A DNA stretch of 64,000 nt from Spirochaetia bacterium (GCA_963675665.1 OY776510.1:4896001-4960000); one strand, 5' to 3'. Shown: positions 11,011 to 21,409, counted from the stretch's first letter. The notes: generated by a model from the sequence alone, not told the origin. Made by a program: numbers and translations.

Positions 11011-11799
11011 CTACTTCTCTGGCCAGTACTTAGCACCCGGTTCTGAAATCCATGAGTATTCCGGCAGGAAATACGGCTGAAGGTACGGCTCTCCATCCAA
11101 ATGCCGTATTATCCATATCAGATACATAGCATAACCAGGGGCTGAGGTTTGCGGATGAACTACTCCCTCAACAAGTTTGACTGTATCGTTTGTATGAATT
11201 TTAACAACATCATCTCCAATCTCTGAATGTCCGTAACCTTCTTCAGGATAAAATTTATAAAAATATACTTCCGGTTGAGGATGATTATGTGGCGGATAAC
11301 TTGACCATTTCCCGGGATACCCGATAACTTCGCCAATTACAAATTTTGATTCCGGAGCATTTGTATAATCGAAAACTGTTCGAACTACACGTTCCGCAGC
11401 ATCCCGCATAACGCCTTTCCCTCTTACTTCAGTTCTGCAATCCTTGTTGGAATAAAAAACTGACGGGAAAGTTTCAGTATTTTCAGTTTTAGAAACACAT
11501 AATTCACTATTTTCTGCAACACCGGTAATTTTAACTTCAACATTACCAGAAACACTTAAGCACCAGGGATTCTCATCCATAAATGAAGCTCTCTTTGCTG
11601 TCACACTTTTTCCATCCCATTCAAATGTAACTTCCCCCTGGATGAGCAGGTAAACGCGCTCTTTCCTTTCTATGTTGGTTTCAGACTGATCCTTTCCTAA
11701 TCTTAGTATTCCAAAATCCATAAGAGCATCATTATGCTCTTCAAGGGAAATGATTTTATTATACCCATTCTTAAACGGGTGTTCCTGTTTTATAAGCAT
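11011..11799 (-). CDS. iolB: 5-deoxy-glucuronate isomerase (IolB/KduI cupin family)
   Basis: WSSYPPHNH...EVYFY...HP..APGYAMYLIW motif pattern. Confidence 0.8.
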   Translation of the reverse strand: MLIKQEHPFKNGYNKIISLEEHNDALMDFGILRLGKDQSETNIERKERVYLLIQGEVTFEWDGKSVTAKRASFMDENPWCLSVSGNVEVKITGVAENSELCVSKTENTETFPSVFYSNKDCRTEVRGKGVMRDAAERVVRTVFDYTNAPESKFVIGEVIGYPGKWSSYPPHNHPQPEVYFYKFYPEEGYGHSEIGDDVVKIHTNDTVKLVEGVVHPQTSAPGYAMYLIWIIRHLDGEPYLQPYFLPEYSWISEPGAKYWPEK

Positions 11800-11822
11800 T
11801 CAAATTCTCCAGATAGAAATAT

Positions 11823-11852
11823 GGAGCATGGGGAAATAATTCCCCATGCTCC
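11823..11852 (-). terminator. Stem-loop after the solute-binding protein gene (terminator or mRNA stabiliser)
   Basis: GGAGCATGGGGAA-ATAA-TTCCCCATGCTCC, perfect 13-bp inverted repeat. Confidence 0.65.
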
Positions 11853-11864
11853 TGTATTTGATAA

Positions 11865-13145
11865 TTATTTTGATAATTCTGTGTTCCAGTATGCCGCCGC
11901 ATCATTCAAAGCCTGTTCAGCTGTTTTCTTGTCTGTAAGAAAATTCTGAATTTCTATTGTAAATTGTCTCTTCAAATCTACTGCATTCTTAAGATAGTTA
12001 TCTACAACCTGCATATTCTCAGTATTGATCTGCTGATCAGCAAAAACCTTCAAATAAGGATCATTCTGGAAATACTCATCCTGCATGGTAACTTTGTTAT
12101 ACGGGAAGAACCCGGTAGCCTTGTCCCAAAGCAGCTGACCTTCTGCACTACCCATAAATTCCATAAATTTAAATGCAGCCTCTTTATTCTCACCGTTTTC
12201 CGAAAGCCCCAGTACTGATCCTAATACGATATTACCGCTTACTTTACCTACAGGAAGAGGAACTATTCCAAATTCAAGATCTGGGTTCGATTTTCTCTGA
12301 ATCCCTACGCCCCATGGACCTTCGAACATAAATGCAACATTTCCGGAACTAAAGTTTGCTCTTTTCTCTTTTTCTCCGGCGTTAAGTTCGCCAGGTGTAG
12401 AAACTTTATATTTCTTGATGAGATCTTTATAGAAGGTAACAGCTTTCACGCCTTCCGCTGTATTAAATGCAGCTCTATTGTTTTCGAGTATTCTTCCTCC
12501 TGCCTGCATTATCAAGGGGAAAATCTCATAGTTAATAGCCGTCGGAGGCTCGGAGGCAACATTTCCGGTCAGGGCATAAATACCTTTTTCAGGATCTGCG
12601 ACCTTGACACATGCATCAACAAACTCATCCCAGTTTGTCGGAGGAGCAATGCCGACTTCTTTAAGTATTTTTGTATTATAATAAAGACCAATATTACCAT
12701 TAGTAATAGGAATTCCGTAGAGATGTCCTTTGTAGGGAACAAATGCTGGTCCAGCCAGAGCATCTTTATATTCCTGTCTAAGTTCGTTTACATAATCATC
12801 GATAGGAACAATAATACCTGCTTCAGCGAATTCAGTAACCCACGCTCCTGATACAGTCAAAATATCCGGAGCCATTCCAGCCATGTTGAGAGTAAGAACT
12901 TTATCATGCATCTGAACAAAAGGAATATTATCAAAGATAAGTTCAATATCCGGATTCTTTGCTTCAAAAGCCTTTTTAACCTCGTTAATTTTGTCAGGGC
13001 CCTGTTCTGTAACCCAGTGAGTTAACCAGTGGATTTGAACTTTCCCGTCGTCTCCAGCATTATCAGCTTCATTCTGTCCTGCTGAAAAAACAATACATGG
13101 TGCTATCAGCAATAGAAACAGTCCTGACAGAATCATCTTTTTCAT
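11865..13145 (-). CDS. Sugar ABC transporter solute-binding protein
   Basis: Signal peptide ending FSAGQNE, LYYN, PPTNWDEF, FSSGNVAFMFEGPW (SBP family 1). Confidence 0.92.
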   Translation of the reverse strand: MKKMILSGLFLLLIAPCIVFSAGQNEADNAGDDGKVQIHWLTHWVTEQGPDKINEVKKAFEAKNPDIELIFDNIPFVQMHDKVLTLNMAGMAPDILTVSGAWVTEFAEAGIIVPIDDYVNELRQEYKDALAGPAFVPYKGHLYGIPITNGNIGLYYNTKILKEVGIAPPTNWDEFVDACVKVADPEKGIYALTGNVASEPPTAINYEIFPLIMQAGGRILENNRAAFNTAEGVKAVTFYKDLIKKYKVSTPGELNAGEKEKRANFSSGNVAFMFEGPWGVGIQRKSNPDLEFGIVPLPVGKVSGNIVLGSVLGLSENGENKEAAFKFMEFMGSAEGQLLWDKATGFFPYNKVTMQDEYFQNDPYLKVFADQQINTENMQVVDNYLKNAVDLKRQFTIEIQNFLTDKKTAEQALNDAAAYWNTELSK

Positions 13146-13269
13146 GAAAAACCTCCATAAAACTTGTTTTGTTTTAATTTCTTCTCTATTTATCAGAAAT
13201 AGAGCTTTTGATGTAATTTAATGCGGTATTCCTCAATTTTATACGATCGTAATAATTGAAACATACGTT

Positions 13270-13343
13270 GTAACCGGTTACGTAACCGGTTACGTAACCG
13301 GTTACGTTGAAATTACTTTAAACCACAAAAATTCAGTTGTCAA
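13270..13343 (-). promoter_or_regulatory. Sigma70-like promoter with triple tandem LacI-type operator
   Basis: Minus strand TTGACA-17 bp-TAAAGT (-35 at 13338-13343), followed by (GTAACCGGTTAC)x3 at 13270-13305. Confidence 0.8.
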
Positions 13344-13500
13344 GTTTTTTTTATAATATTTTGTAATATTTTAGTTCCATGTTAATTTTTGGTCATCCAA
13401 CAATTATAAAACCGACAGAGCTGTGAAGTGGGATCGTTCATATTAGCACTTTCTCCAACTCCTCTCTGTAGTCAGTCTCCTAAAAGTTAACCACAGACGC

Positions 13501-13534
13501 TTCGGCAGGAAGAACAGACGCCCTTCCTGCTGAA
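13501..13534 (-). terminator. Stem-loop downstream of the URO-D-like gene
   Basis: TTCGGCAGGAAG...CTTCCTGCTGAA inverted repeat. Confidence 0.5.
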
Positions 13535-13548
13535 ATACTTTTATATCG

Positions 13549-14712
13549 CTAAAAGTTAATGGGGTAAGTTCCGTACTTATTTACAGTATCAACCATTGTC
13601 AGAAGAGCATCAGCGGTAATCGGATACATGATTGTATTGGAGCTGGAAAGGATATACCCTCCTCCAGGCCCTCCGTCGCGAAGACATTGTTTTACCTCTT
13701 CGATGATCTCTTCTTTTGTTCCAAAGGGAAGCGTCCGTCCGCAGTCGACATTTCCCATAATGGTAATTTTATCTCCATAAAGTTTTTTAATTTCAGCCAG
13801 ATTCATTCCGGCATAAGGCTCACAGCTTTGAAAAGCATCTATATTCATACCAAAAAAGAGATCAGCTATAGGCATAATGTTACCATCACTATGCTTCATT
13901 ACTTTTAAACCATGTTCATGACAGTAATCGGCAATAGCGTTAACCTGAGGAACCATAAATTCTTCAATAAAGTACGGAGGCATAATTGGTCCGGAGTTCA
14001 TTGCCCAGTCAACGGCAATCATAATGCCATCCACTCCGCATTCAATAAATCCCCTGGCAGCTTCCATTCCCAAGGCGGTGTATGCGTCCATCATCCTCTT
14101 AGTCAGCTCCGGTTCTGTAAGTGATATTGTCATAAATTCTGTATACCAGCTGCGCCCGGAAGGAATAAGATTAGGAATCTTCGCCATCTGAAACAGGTCT
14201 TCACCTTTACTACGGGCCAGACGTGTAGAATCAAAACAGCTTTCATGAATTTTACCGGCAGAATTTTCAAGAAACTCGATGTGTTCTTCAACGGCTTTAT
14301 TGCCGCCTTCTTTCTCAAAAGAGTCAACTTCCATTACAATCTGCTTGTCCTGTTCATAAGTAAATTTACGCCAGTGCCCGGTAGCCTGATCAACTTCAGT
14401 CCAGCCTGTTTCTGAAATATCAGTAATTTGCATAACCTCATCAACAGGGGGATCGAGTTCTGTAATAAACAGGTCATGTCCGATCTTTTTAACTACATCT
14501 ATAGTATCCTGGGCATATCGTTCAACAAACTCATCACGGCGCCCCTCAGCCACCAACTGAGCTGCCTTCATGTACATTGCTCCTTCCCCGGTAATAGCAT
14601 CACGCCCGAGTATTTCACTGGATGCATGCGGCATGATATGCATTTCGCCCATTGGAACTCTATCAGCCTCCTTATGCTCAAACGCCAGCTTCACTCTCTC
14701 TTTCGATGTCAT
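13549..14712 (-). CDS. Uroporphyrinogen decarboxylase (URO-D/MtaA-like) family protein of unknown function
   Basis: MTSKERV..AF.HKEADRVP start, KHSDGN, MGNVD, GGGYILSSSNTI. Confidence 0.85.
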   Translation of the reverse strand: MTSKERVKLAFEHKEADRVPMGEMHIMPHASSEILGRDAITGEGAMYMKAAQLVAEGRRDEFVERYAQDTIDVVKKIGHDLFITELDPPVDEVMQITDISETGWTEVDQATGHWRKFTYEQDKQIVMEVDSFEKEGGNKAVEEHIEFLENSAGKIHESCFDSTRLARSKGEDLFQMAKIPNLIPSGRSWYTEFMTISLTEPELTKRMMDAYTALGMEAARGFIECGVDGIMIAVDWAMNSGPIMPPYFIEEFMVPQVNAIADYCHEHGLKVMKHSDGNIMPIADLFFGMNIDAFQSCEPYAGMNLAEIKKLYGDKITIMGNVDCGRTLPFGTKEEIIEEVKQCLRDGGPGGGYILSSSNTIMYPITADALLTMVDTVNKYGTYPINF

Positions 14713-14728
14713 AACATATTCTCCGTAT

Positions 14729-15751
14729 TTAAAATTTTATAAGTGCTTTAACTATTGATTTATCATTGTGTATATCCTTAAAAGCTTCTTCTGCCTGTTC
14801 AAGCGTATATACCCTACTGACAATTCTTTTCAGTTTTAAATTTATTTTACCGTTATTAATGATATCTGCTGCTACCCTAAAATTATTAAATCTGTGTATT
14901 CTCACACCTTTAAGATCCAATTCCCTCAGGACAACAGAGACTACATCAATCTCAAATTGTCTGTTTGGTATTCCTATTAAAACAATTGTGCCGCCTGATT
15001 CAGCCGCCTTTGTCATATTAGTCCAGCCGGCTTGCGTACCGGAAACTTCAAATACTCTTTTAAACCCGGTTCCTCCAGAAATTTTTTCAACTTCCGAATT
15101 ATAATTATTTGAAGCGGCATCAATAGCCGTAAAACCAAAGCTGCGTGCAAATTCCAGCCGCACCGGATCAATATCTGTTAGTACAATCTTTCCTGCTCCG
15201 TTATATTCAGCAACCAGTGCAAGCAATATACCTATTGTACCGGCACCTATAATAAATACACTTTCACCGGCCTGAAGCCCGCTTCGCCTTATATCATGAA
15301 CCGCTACAGCGAGTGGTTCAAGCAGTGACGCAACCTCGGGATCCGCCTCCGGATCAAGCGCGACAAGTCTTTCAGCTGATACCTTTACATATTCAGCATA
15401 ACAGCCGTCGGTATGAACTCCGAAAATCGAAACATCCTTACAAATATTCTCCCTTCCGTTCATACAGTGCTCACAGTAACCGCATGAAGCCAGCGGGTGT
15501 CCGGCTACACGATCGCCTATTGAAAAACCTGTAACCGTATCACTTTTGATATCATACAATTCTCCGTAAAATTCATGCCCGAGGACCATCGTGGGTTTGG
15601 CCGTGGGATGTTTCCCTTCAAATATATGTACATCAGATCCGCAGATACCCACATATTTAACTTTAATTAACGCTTCCCCCTCATTTAATTCAGGCATACT
15701 TGTATCAGCTATTGTCAGCTTGTTAAAATCTGTCATTTTAGCCAGTTTCAT
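14729..15751 (-). CDS. Zn-dependent polyol/sugar-acid dehydrogenase (MDR family)
   Basis: GICGSDVH, GHE, CGYCEHC...C, GAGTIG. Confidence 0.9.
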   Translation of the reverse strand: MKLAKMTDFNKLTIADTSMPELNEGEALIKVKYVGICGSDVHIFEGKHPTAKPTMVLGHEFYGELYDIKSDTVTGFSIGDRVAGHPLASCGYCEHCMNGRENICKDVSIFGVHTDGCYAEYVKVSAERLVALDPEADPEVASLLEPLAVAVHDIRRSGLQAGESVFIIGAGTIGILLALVAEYNGAGKIVLTDIDPVRLEFARSFGFTAIDAASNNYNSEVEKISGGTGFKRVFEVSGTQAGWTNMTKAAESGGTIVLIGIPNRQFEIDVVSVVLRELDLKGVRIHRFNNFRVAADIINNGKINLKLKRIVSRVYTLEQAEEAFKDIHNDKSIVKALIKF

Positions 15752-15777
15752 AAAATTAGTTCTCCATTAAATCTAAA

Positions 15778-16806
15778 TTAGTCAGAAACCTTACCGGTAG
15801 TTTTTCTGACAACAAGCTCAACATCAAGCTCAGTACTTAACGAATCCTTATTGCCGTTTATTATCTCAACCAGCCTGGAAACTCCAGTCCTTCCTTTTTT
15901 AAGGGTAGACTGATTAATTGTTGTAAGCGGAGGGTTCATTACCTTCGCCATTGGGATATCATCAAAACCCACAACCGAAATATCTTCGGGAATCTTTAAT
16001 CCCATCTCCTGTATTGCATTCATTACACCGAAAGCCATAAAGTCTCCCGCCACAAAAAACGCGGTAGGCTTGACGGTTTTTACCAGTTTTTTGGTTATTA
16101 AATAACCGCTGTCTATATTGTTGGCGCCCTCGGTTATCAAAGACTGATCTATCCTGATACCGTTTTTCTTTAACGCATCCATATAGCCCCTCAGCCTGTC
16201 TGCACTGCTGGACAGTATATCAGGACCGTTTATAAAACATATTTTCTTATGCCCAAGATCAATAAGATGTTCCGTTGCAATAAGCGCCCCTTTATAGTTA
16301 TCTACACATACATGCGGGACATTAGTTACGCCGGGCATCCTTGAAGTCAGGACATACGGAATACCGGTTTCCTCTATTTTATCTATGATATCCCTGTGAT
16401 TAAGCCCAGGACTTATAACAAGAAGCCCGTCTACCCTGTTCTGATAAATTACATCCAGATAATTATCTGAACGGCAATACAGAAGCAAAATGTAATATCC
16501 AAGCGTATCAGCTTCCTTGAATATTCCCCGGATGATCTCCTCATAAAAAGGGTTCATAAACACATAATCAATATCATGTGGAATAAAAACACCGATTGTA
16601 TTATTTTTCCTGATGGACATTCCTTTAGCCATGGCGCTCGGCTGATAATTGTATTTCTTTACAGTTTCAAGAATCCTTTCCCTGGTTTCAGGAAGAATAT
16701 CACTCTTATTATTCAACGCTCTTGATACTGTTGTTTTAGAAACTCCCAGCTCATTCGCAATATCAGCTATTGTGTATTTCTTCCTGTTTTTTGGCTGATA
16801 AACCAT
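15778..16806 (-). CDS. LacI-family transcriptional regulator (copy 2, near-identical to 4290-5333)
   Basis: Same HTH and effector domain as copy 1. Confidence 0.95.
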   Translation of the reverse strand: MVYQPKNRKKYTIADIANELGVSKTTVSRALNNKSDILPETRERILETVKKYNYQPSAMAKGMSIRKNNTIGVFIPHDIDYVFMNPFYEEIIRGIFKEADTLGYYILLLYCRSDNYLDVIYQNRVDGLLVISPGLNHRDIIDKIEETGIPYVLTSRMPGVTNVPHVCVDNYKGALIATEHLIDLGHKKICFINGPDILSSSADRLRGYMDALKKNGIRIDQSLITEGANNIDSGYLITKKLVKTVKPTAFFVAGDFMAFGVMNAIQEMGLKIPEDISVVGFDDIPMAKVMNPPLTTINQSTLKKGRTGVSRLVEIINGNKDSLSTELDVELVVRKTTGKVSD

Positions 16807-16920
16807 ATGTCCATCCCTTAAATAAAAATTGATAAAGATTAAACTTGCCTGATTTTATGTTAAGTCAAGTTTTTCAATGTTCCAGGTAGATATACCTGTA
16901 AAATCCTCCATTAAAATTGT

Positions 16921-17601
16921 TTACAAACATGAAATCCCGTCTTCCACTGATTTCTGAAAGCGCCGGCAGGCTTGACTGATTTTCACATCCTGATTAAACA
17001 CCGCAAATCCTCCGGTAGCGCATCCGTCGGCCCCGTTTTTTGCACATTCAACGGCTTTCAGTATGTCAATTCCACCGTCTACAATAATTTTATAATTTGC
17101 ACCGCTGGTTTTTCTCAATTCATCCAGTTTTTGCACTCTCTGAAATGTCTCCGGTAAAAACGGCTGGCCAACATAACCGGGTTCCACCGCCATGAGGACT
17201 ACCAGGTCAGAGTAGTTTAAATACGGTTCAATTACTTCCGGAGCCTGACTGGGATTAATAACAACCCCTGCATTCATACCCGACTCTTTTATGCTCATCA
17301 GCAGACGCTTTGAAAAACTGGTAACGTCACAATGAAAGCTTAGATTATCAGCTCCAGCTTTTTTCATCGGCTCGATATAGTCGGCAGGATTTGTAACCAT
17401 TAAATGAACATCAGTTATCATCTGCGGATACTTCTCTTTCAGTTCCCGTACAATCTTCGGCGGCATTAAGATATTTGGCACATAGTTTCCATCCATGATA
17501 TCAATATGAAACCATGGAGCTCCGCCTGCTACTATTTCTTCCACCTGCTCTTTCATGTGAAGAAAATCACAATAAGCTATGGAAGGTGCATTTATAAACA
17601 C
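16921..17601 (-). CDS. Ribulose-phosphate 3-epimerase family (Rpe/AlsE-like)
   Basis: APSI, HIDIMDGNYVPN, DVHLMV, MAVEPG, VDGGI; GTG start behind TATAGGAG. Confidence 0.88.
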   Translation of the reverse strand: MFINAPSIAYCDFLHMKEQVEEIVAGGAPWFHIDIMDGNYVPNILMPPKIVRELKEKYPQMITDVHLMVTNPADYIEPMKKAGADNLSFHCDVTSFSKRLLMSIKESGMNAGVVINPSQAPEVIEPYLNYSDLVVLMAVEPGYVGQPFLPETFQRVQKLDELRKTSGANYKIIVDGGIDILKAVECAKNGADGCATGGFAVFNQDVKISQACRRFQKSVEDGISCL

Positions 17602-17620
17602 AAACAACTCCTATAATTAG

Positions 17621-18475
17621 TTATACCCCTGAGTAGGCAAGGAAACCGCCGTCTACCGGCAACACTACTCCCGTCAAAAAACCGGACATGGCCGGGTCGC
17701 ACAAAAATAACAGCGAACCCAACAATTCTTCCGGTACTCCAAACCGATTATACGGTGTATGAGCAATCGCCCTTTGCGCCCTCGGAGTATATCCGCCTGT
17801 TTCCTTGTCCATAAGCAGCGCGTAATTCATCTTTGTCATGAAATATCCCGGTGCAATAGCATTTGCGCGTACCCCGACGGGCGCCAGATGTACTGCAAAA
17901 AACTGGGTAAGATTTGCAACAGCCGCTTTCGCCGCCGAATAAGCCGGCACCTGGGTCATTGGCCTGAAAGACGACATAGATGCAATATTGATAATGCAGG
18001 ATTGCTCCCTGTTTTCAACCAGATGCGGAAGAAACGCCTGAGAAGGAATAAATGTACCCATAAAATTCAGGTTAAAAACAAACTGAAACCCCTCTGTTGT
18101 AAGGTTGAAAATATTAAGCGGATCCAGATCAGGGTCTTCCAAAAGTTCCGGTGTGAGATATTCCGATGTGTTTCCCCTCATATTGTTTCCTCCGGCGCCG
18201 TTCAAAAGAATATGCACAGGACCGTATTCTTTTTTAACTTCTTCAGCAGCTTTGACTACACTTTCTTTGTTTAATACATCACAGTGTAATGCAATTGCCG
18301 TTCCGCCTTCAGTTTCAATCTCATCGGCTACTCTCTGGGCCGAACCCAAATCAATATCCAAAAGCGCAACTTTTATACCGTTCAGAGCCAACTCCTTCGC
18401 AAATCCGGCACATAAGATACCGCCCCCACCGGTAACAGCTGCTATTTTCCCTTCAAAATTCAGATATCTACCCAT
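17621..18475 (-). CDS. SDR oxidoreductase, D-mannonate oxidoreductase (UxuB)-like
   Basis: TGGGGILC, NGAGGN, YSAAKAA, VDGGFLAYSGV C-terminus. Confidence 0.85.
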   Translation of the reverse strand: MGRYLNFEGKIAAVTGGGGILCAGFAKELALNGIKVALLDIDLGSAQRVADEIETEGGTAIALHCDVLNKESVVKAAEEVKKEYGPVHILLNGAGGNNMRGNTSEYLTPELLEDPDLDPLNIFNLTTEGFQFVFNLNFMGTFIPSQAFLPHLVENREQSCIINIASMSSFRPMTQVPAYSAAKAAVANLTQFFAVHLAPVGVRANAIAPGYFMTKMNYALLMDKETGGYTPRAQRAIAHTPYNRFGVPEELLGSLLFLCDPAMSGFLTGVVLPVDGGFLAYSGV

Positions 18476-18497
18476 CTGTCTCCTCTTTCCCCGTTTG

Positions 18498-19514
18498 CTA
18501 AACCTTCATAACTATTTTGCAAGCGCCACTTGCTTTATCGTTGAAGAGTGTAAATGCCTGTTCAAATTCTTCAATCTGAAAACTGTGCGTTACATATTTT
18601 TTCAGCATATCCATCCGAGTTTGAAGATCAGCAATAACCTTCGGAAACATTTGGTATTGATGCCTTGTTCCGCATATACTCAGTTCCTTCATATTAATGG
18701 GCGTACAACTGATAGATACCGAATCCGGGACAAACGACATCGGAACAATTGTTCCGGCTGTCGCAATCATATCAATTGCCTCCGGAAGCAATGTGGAAAT
18801 CCCGGCTGCATCAAATATCACATTAGGACCAATCCTGTCTGTAATTTTCATCACCACGCTTTTCAGATCCTCTTCGACTGGATTAATTACATAATCAGCC
18901 CCAAAATCCAGCGCAGAATTCAGCCGCTTGTCGCTGACTTCGGAAACAATTACTGTTGCCCCTGTCCGTTTTGCCGAGGTCAATACGCTGATGCCGATCG
19001 GACCCGCTCCATGAATCAACACATAATCATCAGGAAGAGTTCCTGCCCGGGTATTTGCCTGTTCCCCAATGGTTAAAGGTTCGATGGCAGTTGCCAGTTC
19101 ATATGAAATATACTCCGGCAGAACATGAAGCCTGTCCTGACTGCAAACCATATATTCGCAAAAGCCACCGTCAACATGTACACTGGTAACACGCAGATTC
19201 TGACAAACGTTGTGACGGCCTCGTCTGCATGCATGACATTTTCCGCAGAATTGGATCGGCTCAACTATTACACGATCGCTGATTTTTACACGGGTAACGG
19301 CTTCGCCGATCTCTTCCACACAAGCTGTAATCTCATGCCCCGGAATGCGGGGATAGGTCGCCGCTGCATTTCCTCCGTGCAGCAAGTGAATATCTGAACC
19401 GCAAATCCCGACGGCCATCACACGTATAAGCACATCCTCAGGAGTTTCAATTGATGGTTTCTTTACATTTTTTATGCCGTATACACCCGGCTTTTCAACT
19501 ACAATTGCCTTCAT
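18498..19514 (-). CDS. Zn-dependent sugar-acid dehydrogenase (RspB/gulonate dehydrogenase-like)
   Basis: GICGSDIH, YPRIPGHE, CGKCHAC...C, GAGPIG. Confidence 0.88.
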   Translation of the reverse strand: MKAIVVEKPGVYGIKNVKKPSIETPEDVLIRVMAVGICGSDIHLLHGGNAAATYPRIPGHEITACVEEIGEAVTRVKISDRVIVEPIQFCGKCHACRRGRHNVCQNLRVTSVHVDGGFCEYMVCSQDRLHVLPEYISYELATAIEPLTIGEQANTRAGTLPDDYVLIHGAGPIGISVLTSAKRTGATVIVSEVSDKRLNSALDFGADYVINPVEEDLKSVVMKITDRIGPNVIFDAAGISTLLPEAIDMIATAGTIVPMSFVPDSVSISCTPINMKELSICGTRHQYQMFPKVIADLQTRMDMLKKYVTHSFQIEEFEQAFTLFNDKASGACKIVMKV

Positions 19515-19534
19515 TTTTTCCTACTGATATATTC

Positions 19535-20827
19535 TCAGGACAACAGGTTCGGAATGAACATGATAATTTCCGGAACGTACGCCATAAACAGCATGATAAG
19601 AACCAATACTCCAATATAGGGAATAGATTCTTTTGCATAATCTTCTATCTTGACTCCGGCAATCGATGTTGTTACAAACATTTGGCTGCCGAACGGAGGA
19701 GTGATACCGGCAATCGTAAGGTTGATACAGATTATTATTCCGAAATGTATTAAATTAACGCCCATAGCACTGGCAGCCGGAACAAGCAGGGGCCCAAGCA
19801 AAATCATTGCAGCTCCACCGTCAAAGAAACAACCGACAACCAGCAACAGGATATTCACTATAAGCATAAACATCCATTGCTCGGAAATATTGGATATTAT
19901 AAATTCCGACAGCATCATTGGAAGCCGTTCCCATGTAAGAAAAGACGAAAATGCTTTTGCGCCCGCCAGAATAAACATAACCCCGGCTGTTGCTTCAACA
20001 GATTCTTTTATGATTGGTTTGATATGTTGTATTTTTAATTCTTTATAGAAAAAAACTCCTATAATGATAGAATAAACAATACAAATTGCGCCTGCTTCAG
20101 TAGGCGTAAACATACCAAAACGCAATCCCAGAACAATACCGAACGGAACCAGCAAAGCCCAGATTGCTTCCTTCAAAGCACGTGCGAATTCAATTATAGT
20201 TGTGCGTTCCACACGTGAAGGTTTATAATGCCGTTTTTTGGAAATGATAGAAGTCAGAACCAGTAATGCAGCCATCATTACCAAACCCGGCAAATACCCT
20301 GCATAGAACATTTTTGCAATCGATACATCCGATACTGATGAATATAATATCAGGATAATTCCCGGAGGTATAATTGGGGTGATACAGGATGAAGCTGCTG
20401 TAACAACACAGGAAAATGGCTTGCCGTAACCCAAACGCTCCATTTCAGGTACAAGCATTTTGGTTTCCATTGCTGAATCGGCATTGGCTGAACCAGACAA
20501 TCCGCCCATCAATGTGCTTAATACAATATTAACATGTCCAAGTCCGCCGGTCATATGCCCTACGAGCATATCGGCAAGATTCATCAGCCGACGGGTTATT
20601 CCAGCATAGTTAAAGATAACACCGGCGCATACAAAAAACGGAATGGCTAAATACACGAATGAAGACATCGCTGCTACCATCTTTTGAACAATCAGTGTAA
20701 TATCCATGGCATTCGGTCCGAACAGAAAATACACAGCCGATGAGATCAACATCGAATATGCGACCGGTACCTTTAAAAAGAAGAGTACAAATAATATTAC
20801 TATCGGGAAAATAGTCCAAAATTCCAA
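19535..20827 (-). CDS. dctM: TRAP transporter large permease
   Basis: SGSANAD, IIPPGI, FTPTEA, ITPPFG. Confidence 0.93.
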   Translation of the reverse strand: MEFWTIFPIVILFVLFFLKVPVAYSMLISSAVYFLFGPNAMDITLIVQKMVAAMSSFVYLAIPFFVCAGVIFNYAGITRRLMNLADMLVGHMTGGLGHVNIVLSTLMGGLSGSANADSAMETKMLVPEMERLGYGKPFSCVVTAASSCITPIIPPGIILILYSSVSDVSIAKMFYAGYLPGLVMMAALLVLTSIISKKRHYKPSRVERTTIIEFARALKEAIWALLVPFGIVLGLRFGMFTPTEAGAICIVYSIIIGVFFYKELKIQHIKPIIKESVEATAGVMFILAGAKAFSSFLTWERLPMMLSEFIISNISEQWMFMLIVNILLLVVGCFFDGGAAMILLGPLLVPAASAMGVNLIHFGIIICINLTIAGITPPFGSQMFVTTSIAGVKIEDYAKESIPYIGVLVLIMLFMAYVPEIIMFIPNLLS

Positions 20828-20880
20828 TGTTCTACACTCCTTTATTGTAAATGTTCCAATAGGAACAAATTTGAAAAATT

Positions 20881-21378
20881 CTACGCTCTGTCTTCAAGAG
20901 CAGCTTCCTCAATTTCTTTATCCAGGATCGACATAATTAAAAACTTGCCTGAGTAATATGAAAGGATGATACATGCAAGAGGAATCGATATATCGATGAA
21001 GAAAAAAGGGATATGAAGTATTGCGGTTGGTCGTTCCAACGCTTTTATAGAGAACTGAATCCCCCAAATAACAAGACAAATGTTTGTAATAAATACCAAT
21101 GAAAATGTAAATATGTGCACAACCCTTTGATTTTTAGATTTTAATCGGCTAACAATGGCATCAATAGCAATCAGACCCTGTTCACCATACAGGAGACAAG
21201 CACCAAAAAATACTGCCCAGCTGAATAATAGATACGCAATCTCTTCCGTCCATGCAAAGGATTTTTTAAACAGATAACGGGAAAAAACATTTACAACTAT
21301 TAATAACACCATAGCAGTAAAGGCAGTTCCACCGATTACAAATTCCAGTTTCTTAAGAAACCTATCCAATTTTTCCAT
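20881..21378 (-). CDS. dctQ: TRAP transporter small permease
   Basis: VFSRY...WTEE motif, four TM helices, between dctP and dctM. Confidence 0.9.
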   Translation of the reverse strand: MEKLDRFLKKLEFVIGGTAFTAMVLLIVVNVFSRYLFKKSFAWTEEIAYLLFSWAVFFGACLLYGEQGLIAIDAIVSRLKSKNQRVVHIFTFSLVFITNICLVIWGIQFSIKALERPTAILHIPFFFIDISIPLACIILSYYSGKFLIMSILDKEIEEAALEDRA

Positions 21379-21409
21379 TTCCCGAATCCTCCTTCATCTT
21401 TATTACGAC

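Noticed and set aside
13270-13305. Possible CRISPR or mini-array
   Set aside because: Abutting 12-bp palindromes with no spacers, next to a promoter; fits a LacI operator. No cas genes in the window.
18105-19076. Long plus-strand ORF (323 aa) and other antisense ORFs such as 31448-32140 and 37098-37832
   Set aside because: Shadows of well-supported minus-strand genes, with no motifs.
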